A DNA stretch of 56,471 bases from Spongospora subterranea f. sp. subterranea (lineage: Eukaryota): the NCBI GenBank assembly GCA_049724395.1, contig JAUGWO010000068.1:62001-118471 (forward strand), read 5' to 3'. Position numbers and translations under genes: made by a program. The notes under the pieces are model-generated. The model had not been told where the DNA came from, ran no database searches, and saw nothing but the letters and a program-made list of their open reading frames with translations. This document shows positions 49,620 through 56,471 of this stretch, piece by piece (the first letter of the stretch is position 1; each line of letters starts with the position of its first letter).

Positions 49620-51293
49620 AAATCGATTCATCAGGATACCCAATGTCACCTGATGGAGATTGTCTATACCGGTTTGAAAAACATTAAGGACATGCCCAAT
49701 CTACTTAATCGCTATTCCCGGTGGCAGTTACAGAGCACAAGGTCTCTCCAGATTGGCAAGGGCGTGCGTTTTGTTGCAAAAAGATGTGTCGGGGTTCTTT
49801 TTTGTTCTCTACCGACCTCTGCTTGTCGTGTCTCAGCGTTAATGCCGAAGCAGAACGACCCTAATGATTTGAACATCAGGTAATTTTCTTGTCTTTCTGT
49901 TTTATAATGCTGAACTAATCTATAGTTGTCGGAACGGTTGTGGGACACTATTATCCGGCAGAAATGCAATGTGAAGATGTTTTGGATTTTTAAAGGCAAT
50001 CGCGCCATCGTTGAGCACCTTGGTGTTCACGGTCATGCCTGCCCAATCGTGAACAAAGCCGATTATTTTGATCGTGCTGTTTTGAGAACAATCATATCAC
50101 AAAACCCGCAGAAATCGGCGATGCAGCTCGTCGTCGGTGAAAGGGACATTCTGGAGGAGCTGGGAGTTACCGTTCCTTGTAAGTATTCACAGTTGAGGTT
50201 GAGACGAGGCAACCGTTTATAAACTGTTTAGGGCACGGAGACATGAGTATTGGACTCATGCAATTCCATCAGACGTTCGGCACAACTGTCGTCAAATTCA
50301 GCAGCATGCAATTTTCCAATGTGCACATATCTTGGGCGACACAGTTCATGGCAGAAAGGTAAGCGAGTTGGCTTTGACACTGTATTCAGTTCTGACCAAT
50401 CCAATTTCTGGCTTGAGTCGCTGATTTTGGAGACCTATCCGGCAGAAAAATTTGGGGAACCGTGACCGATGCCACATATTCCTATTTCAGACATGGATAT
50501 TTGCTGACTTTCAGTTTACTGTTCCGGTGTTGTTTACATGGACCTCGGGTTTAACTGTACAACGTCACGAGGCTCATTTTTCCTGCCTACTGAACATGCT
50601 TGTGGCCGCAATCTGTTCACAGCAACTTTCAATTCGCGAACAGGAGCTGAAACGGATTGAGCTGTGTTTCGGAGCAGTCATGGACTTCTCAGAGGCGTAA
50701 AGGAACGGATTCATCATGTCATATGTGACCATTATTGGTTCATTTATGAACACTCATGGTCTCGAGCTAGTAGACGAATCTTTGAGTGAGAGAGCCACCA
50801 GGTTCGTTAAGGGATGCCATGTACATTTCTTAGCTCTGCTGAACGGCTCAACCGCAACTATTCTGTTGTCGGGAAACACGATAACGGTCAGTTTATGGCA
50901 AAATTCGAAAGCTCATCCAGGAGCCCGTCATTGAGAATTTTTGATTCGGCGATTGAGGAATTACAGTCCGAAAATCCCAACGCCACCAAATGGTTTGAAT
51001 GGTGGCTTCGTGACGCGGTCGCTAGGCTTAAATTCGAAGAAATGGCCCGCAGTGATTCGGACTCAATCGAGTCCATGCATTCGACATTTTATCAGATTGC
51101 GGATCGCAAAAATTCGCTTGTGTATGGAATGTCAATCTTGACGATGTTCTCGGAGTCTTTACGACAAGATTTCGAGGATGTCGCATCTGGCGTAACCGTT
51201 CACTACGGGCAAGCTGAACGATGGAAAAAGCAAATCGAAAAATATGCCAGAAAGGCGCCGGTTGTCATTCGCAATCGGAAAACTTGCCAATGA
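49620..51293 (+). pseudogene. GCM-domain/Mutator-like DDE transposase pseudogene
   Basis: RCVGVLFC...C and HLGVHGHACP (GCM-like), PVLFTW...HF, VMDFSEA*RNGF, KGCHVHF, WFEWWL, ESMHSTFY, GVTVHYG; stops and frameshifts. Confidence 0.55.
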
Positions 51294-51340
51294 CGGGCGA
51301 GCCCTGAAGAATTAGTTAGCGCGGACAATATAGTAGGGGG

Positions 51341-51492
51341 TATCAAAGTTTGAAAAGTTTTGAGATTCGGTTTTCCCGAGCACAATTCCGGACTTAGTAT
51401 CAAAGTTGGAAAAGTTTTAAGATTCGGTTTTCCCGAGCACAATTCCGGACTTAGTATCAAAGTTGGAAAAGTTTTAAGATTCGGTTTTCCCG
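51341..51492. repeat. 57-bp tandem repeat, ~2.7 copies
   Basis: Unit TATCAAAGTTGGAAAAGTTTTAAGATTCGGTTTTCCCGAGCACAATTCCGGACTTAG. Confidence 0.92.
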
Positions 51493-51761
51493 TTGCGAGC
51501 AGGTGTTTTTCTTTTTGATCTTCTTGCGTTTTTGAACTGTTTGCCACAGATGTGTATGTACTTGCTTTCGATTGCTTCCTCAGCTTGCTGTTTATGCTGG
51601 AAGTAATGAGGGATGTTGCTCCGATTCTTAAAATAAGATTAACCTACGGAATCCGAGAAGGGCAAGGGGCGGAAATTATGCGCAAAATGTTTTTTGTGAG
51701 CGACAAAACTATTTTACAGTACGTCAGAACAAACTATAGGTAATGCCGTAGCGGACTTCCC

Positions 51762-52888
51762 ATGACAGATTCGTCGTCTGGTGGGTTTAATCAATTATTT
51801 GATCAACGAGTCATGTCTATGTTCTGTCAACATTGTGGTCAGCAACAGGGTCAGTGCTTGGCTTCCTGCCCAACGCTTGGGGATGTTGTCAAAAAGACCG
51901 TCGCAGCCGAGCTTCTGAAATTTAAGGAAGCAGGGGCCGACGTGTCACGTCGGCGTGCCGGAGGCGGCAGTCGGCGTGGTGTGGCGATCAACCCGATGTT
52001 AGTCAAGGTGAACGTCTTCGCCTACCCGCTGGGGATGGATCCCCGAACTAAAAAGGCAACGAAGTTACCAGATCATCCAGCAATCAACGTCGTTTTCGCA
52101 TTGTCGGCCACATACTATGATATTATCGATGGATTGGCATCCAGTTTATTTCCTCCCCTTGCCCTTCTCGGATTCCCTATTATTGTGAGCAGTCGGACGC
52201 TGAGGAACTGGATCAGTAATAATGATCTTTCTCGTCCTAGCTTATCAACGGCATTGCAGAGATCCGTTGCATGGCTACCGGATTTGCGTGTTTTTGTCAA
52301 ACAAGGTATCAAATTTACTGAGATTCTATATCATGTCAAGAAGGTATACCAAGAGGAATTATCTTTGCGGACGCTGAAGAATATCCTGCAAGTAATAATT
52401 AAGGGCAGCGCCCATCATTGTTTCCTGCAAAGAACGATCCAATCAACAGGATGTGCCGGAAGGGCGTGATTTGGATTATCGAGCGTCAAATCAAAGGGCG
52501 ATTCGACAAGTTCGTTTCAAACTCAGGTGAAGGTTTTTCAAACCTCCATCAAATATACCTACATTAAATATAGGTAATATTATCAGTATAACAAACAAAA
52601 CATTAGCCCGAACGAAAAAGGACCGGATCAAGGCAACCGCGTTCAGCCATTTCTCGTTCTGTCGCTCCGGCGGCGAGTTTATGGCTTTAGACATTCAGGG
52701 CGCGGGTGGCGTCTATACTGACGTTGAGATTGTATCAATCTCCAATGCTGAATTAACGTTCGGCATTGGCAACATGGGTGCCTCTTCAATTGCCAAGTTT
52801 TTTCAAGAACTTGAATGTAAAAGTGCTTGCTACGCTGCTCAACTGGAGCGTCCAGCAGGAGACGCGTTCGGACATGCTTCAACAAGCA
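51762..52888 (+). pseudogene. Alpha-kinase (eEF2K/MHCK-like) paralogue 1, internally deleted and frameshifted; intron 52527-52573
   Basis: WIIERQIKGRFDKFVSNSG|NII...ATAFSHFSFCRSGGEFMALDIQGAGGVYTDVEI...FGIGNMG...FFQELECKSAC; N-terminal CQHCGQQQGQCLASCP. Confidence 0.82.
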
Positions 52889-53184
52889 TTCGGGCTAATG
52901 TTTTGTTTGTTATACTGATAATATTACCTGTATTTTATGTAGGTATTTTTAATGGAGGTTTGAAAAACCTTTACCTGAATTTGAAACGAACTTGTCGAAT
53001 CGCCCTTTGATTTGACGCTCGATAATCCAAATCACGCCCTTCCGGCACATCCTGTTGAATGGACCGTTCTTTGCAGGAAACAATGATGGGCGCTGCCCTT
53101 AATTATTACATGCAGGATATTCTTCAGCGTCCGCAAAGATAATTCCTCTTGGTATACCTTCTTGACATGATATAGAATCTCAGT
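52317..53184. repeat. Fold-back inverted repeat: 296-bp arms (52317-52612 and 52889-53184), 276-nt spacer
   Basis: Reverse-complement match with about 9 substitutions by eye; the arm includes the intron. Confidence 0.96.
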
Positions 53185-53630
53185 TAATGTTTGTTGTGAG
53201 CAACAAAACTACTATGGCATCCCAGAATGGGTCGTTATACCAGGACAGATATATACTGCCATCAAGGGGCACAGGCCTGCAAAAGCCACATACATCGGCA
53301 ATAACACGACTGTTGTCACATTTCAGATACCGAGCCATGCCAACGAAGCGATCGCAGAAGGCATGGTTCACTTTTCGGAAAAAACTACAAAGCATCCAGA
53401 CCGAAGGTCAAAGCCAAAAACACGTGTTCACAATGTTTCCGACTTGGATGCGAACAAAATGACCTCTGCGGGCAAAAGCCCTGTGGAAAATGTGGGAACA
53501 CTGGCCACCAATCAAAAACATGCAAGAGCAATACCACCAAATGCGTCACATGCGATCAGGAAGGACACGAACTTAAGCAATGCCCACAAAAGATCGAATA
53601 CTACATGGAGCAACGGCCAAACTAGAGCAG
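53185..53630 (+). mobile_element. Non-LTR retrotransposon ORF1 C-terminal fragment with three CCHC-like zinc knuckles
   Basis: TVVTFQIPSHANEAIAEGMV..GKNYK..., CSQCFRLGC, CGKCGNTGHQSKTC, CVTCDQEGHELKQCP. Confidence 0.72.
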
Positions 53631-54090
53631 GAAGCAATCAGGCCAATACACACACTAAGAGAATCCGGGTATGTTTGTAATAAATACCCACGAGAAACAG
53701 AACAGAACAGGAGGACATAGTTTGGATTTTCTCGTGGGTATTTATTACAAACATACCCGGATTCTCTTAGTGTGTGTATTGGCCTGATTGCTTCCTGCTC
53801 TAGTTTGGCCGTTGCTCCATGTAGTATTCGATCTTTTGTGGGCATTGCTTAAGTTCGTGTCCTTCCTGATCGCATGTGACGCATTTGGTGGTATTGCTCT
53901 TGCATGTTTTTGATTGGTGGCCAGTGTTCCCACATTTTCCACAGCGCTTTTGCCCGCAGAAGTCTTTTTGTTCGCATCCAAGTCGGAAACATTGTGAACA
54001 CGTGTTTTTGGCTTTGACCTTCGGTCTGGATGCTTTGTAGTTTTTTCCGAAAAGTTGAACCATGCCTTCTGCGATCGCTTCATCGGCATG
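53336..54090. repeat. Fold-back inverted repeat: ~362-bp arms (53336-53697 and 53728-54090), 30-nt loop
   Basis: Near-perfect reverse-complement match; the ORF track shows the same peptide on both strands (53363..53680 + and 53745..54089 -). Confidence 0.97.
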
Positions 54091-54901
54091 CCCTTACAAT
54101 TGATAACAACAAATAATTTTTAAAGATGTAATTGGTATAGGTAACTGTGCATTCGAAGCAATTCGAACGTCAGGAGCAATACCAGACATTACTGTACAAC
54201 AATTACGTAGAAAAATATGTGATTATGACAGAGACCCAACGCAAGGAAGAACCATAGCGACAAAAATATTGAACTACGCCGGATCAGTACCCAATAATGA
54301 AAATTATACTCTTGATGAACATCTAGACATAATGGAACAGGACCGGCAATGGGCTGGATTGTTTGAATTACAATAGCAGTTTTTATATATAAGATCAACA
54401 TAATCATAATCAGTCAGGCAACAATACCTCTGACCACAGATATAAAAAAATGGATCGAATCGTGTTTCCCAAAATTCAGAGACAGCGTTCATTGGAAGAG
54501 TACGATCTATGTACTGCACCACATGAATGGAAAACCATGAACCCCTATGGGACATAGTAGACTGAATCATTATGGGACTCTATTTCCAATTGATGAAGAC
54601 ACTCTGATCAATAGTAACATTACAACAATACATGACCAATGTGAGAAATACGTTGAAAATTACATTCGGAAACAACAACATCGGACAATGGTCTCATTAA
54701 AGATAACTGACGACGAACCATTGGACAACAAAATTGAAACACCAACGACATCCTCAATTCAGCCGAACAATAGTCTGTTAACTGGGAGAGCGAACTAGAC
54801 CAACACACAATGCTGACACCAAAAAACAGGACCAGCGAATTACTGCAAAAACTGGAAAAGCTTATCATGGTCACAAGCCACACAACCAACCTCTTTTGAC
54901 A

Positions 54902-56413
54902 ATGTTTTGCATTGCGGTATGCCCCAAGGTGCTTGCGCCGTTCAATGTCCTAGCAATTTGGCTGTCGTCCGGCAGACAGTACAACAGGCCATCGAAGAGA
55001 TGAAGCAAACCAACGCAGAAGTGGGTCGTTCAAGGGCCAATACACGCCGAGGTGCGCCCCCAGCGCCAAAACCTACTCCCAAGGTCAATGTAATGGCCGT
55101 CCCGTATGGATACGATCAAGAATCGCGACGGCCGATCAAACTCGACAAGATTCCCGCCGTCAACGTCGTGATTCTGAGATCCGAATCGTATGATTGTGTT
55201 GTTGCCGAGTTGGCGGAAGCTGTGTCTCCTTATCCAGCATGGAGAGACGGCGCCACTTACGATCTGGCCACGTGTGACGGCGCTTTGATTAAAGCTGGTA
55301 CCAAGTTCGAAGATTTTCCTTTCAACTTATCCAGTTCCAAGTCGAAGAAGCAACTGTGGTTGATTCGCCACGACCAATCCGACAGCGATGTTGTATTGCC
55401 GACTTTGGACCTAACGAGGTCTGATGCTGGTGTCAATGACATGCCCTACTTCGATCAAAGCCGCACAGTGGTTCAAGAAATTCGTTCCGCTGATGTTCCA
55501 CCAGTTCGAACAGGCAGGTTGTCAACAGCGGCCGGTGCCTTTGGTGATCTTCATGGCCGATCGTTTCAGGAGATTTACGATGCAACGAAAGCGGATGCCG
55601 GCACCGCTAGTATGGCCGTGTCGATTTTACACATCTTTGAAGGCAGCAAGTGGACACAGCGACTGCTGCATTGCTCGGAATGGTCGATTCCTAATATGGA
55701 GGAGGCTGTCGAAGATGGTGCACTTAAAGTGGTGTACAAGGACTCCTTGTTTCGACCTTCATTTGGTGAAGACGTGGTCGTTTTTTAAAAATGATGCGAT
55801 TGTCAGCTTCGTCGCATGGTCAAATCAGCGATTTTTTGGAAAATGGAGCGCCAGATTCGACACAAGTTTGTTAAGTTGGTAAGTAATCAGGGCGCCATTG
55901 CTATTATCACGCCAAAGACGAGTCAACGAGTGAAAACCAATCGTTTAATCGCGACCGCGTTCGCTCATTTTACCTACGTGCACTCCAACCGCTGCCTAAT
56001 GGCCCTTGATCTGCAAGGTGCCGGGGGGGCATTTTACTGATCCTGAGATCGTGACTATGTCCGATGATGATAACTTGTTTGGTATGGGAAATGTCGACAG
56101 GGATTCTATTGTGGCATTTTTCGAAGAGCACGAATGTAATTTGTTGTGCGCGATGCTTAACATCACAAACACCCGATGTGAATTTGAAATGGACTCAGAT
56201 GATACTAAAGACGATCCAGGTACACTATCGGTCATGATAAACGCGGAGGAAATTGCAGAGCACGACGCACCAGAGCAAGACGCGTCTGATGGCGATCCGA
56301 TCGCCATTCTCTGCAAAGCAACGGCGCATCGTCGTTCAAAACGCCAGGCCGCTTCAAATCTAGACGCCACTCGTATGAAATCGGTCATACGTGACAACGA
56401 CATTGCCAATTGA
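54902..56413 (+). pseudogene. Alpha-kinase paralogue 2, with frameshifts near 55785 and 56030
   Basis: HCGMPQGACAVQCP N-terminus; FWKMERQIRHKFVKLVSNQG, ATAFAHFTYVHS, LMALDLQGAG, FTDPEI, FGMGN, FFEEHECNLLC. The shifts fall at or near homopolymer runs. Confidence 0.85.
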
Positions 56414-56471
56414 ATGTCATCTCGTTTTCGCGATGTCGAGTAGCATTTCGTTTTGCTTCCAATATAAATTT

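Noticed and set aside
5671..54090. All fold-backs as whole-genome-amplification chimeras
   Set aside because: The geometry is similar, but most arms differ by substitutions (up to about 15%) and one retains consensus residues lost from its partner. Not excluded for the perfect 43-bp case without reads.

Overview
Eukaryotic (protist-like) genomic DNA with short GT-AG introns of 36-94 nt; the exact taxon cannot be read from the sequence. The main genes are two divergently oriented paralogues of a ZNFX1/NFX1-type UPF1-like SF1 RNA helicase (1-3143 minus, running off the window; 32969-38023 plus). The complete copy ends in a RING plus an RBR-type Rcat-like module instead of the RZ finger of animal ZNFX1. 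Other host-like genes are an SLC35F-type transporter, a degenerate TBC-like gene, a multi-exon coiled-coil gene, a C2H2 gene and two decayed alpha-kinase paralogues. Most of the rest is a mosaic of short, abutting fragments of unrelated mobile elements: mariner DD39D, Tc1/IS630, Gypsy, Copia, PIF/Harbinger, piggyBac-like, MULE/GCM-type and LINE ORF1, plus an endogenous CRESS ssDNA-virus Rep helicase fragment. There are two spacer-less tandem arrays (25 bp x20 and 35 bp x~70). The most striking structure is a set of at least eight fold-back inverted duplications (arms 43-496 bp). All lie in mobile or decayed sequence, most sit at the truncated end of a fragment, and all but one have diverged arms. 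This fits either a hairpin-RNA/TE-silencing locus or recurrent template-switch repair. All assignments are by eye from motifs; no database searches were run.
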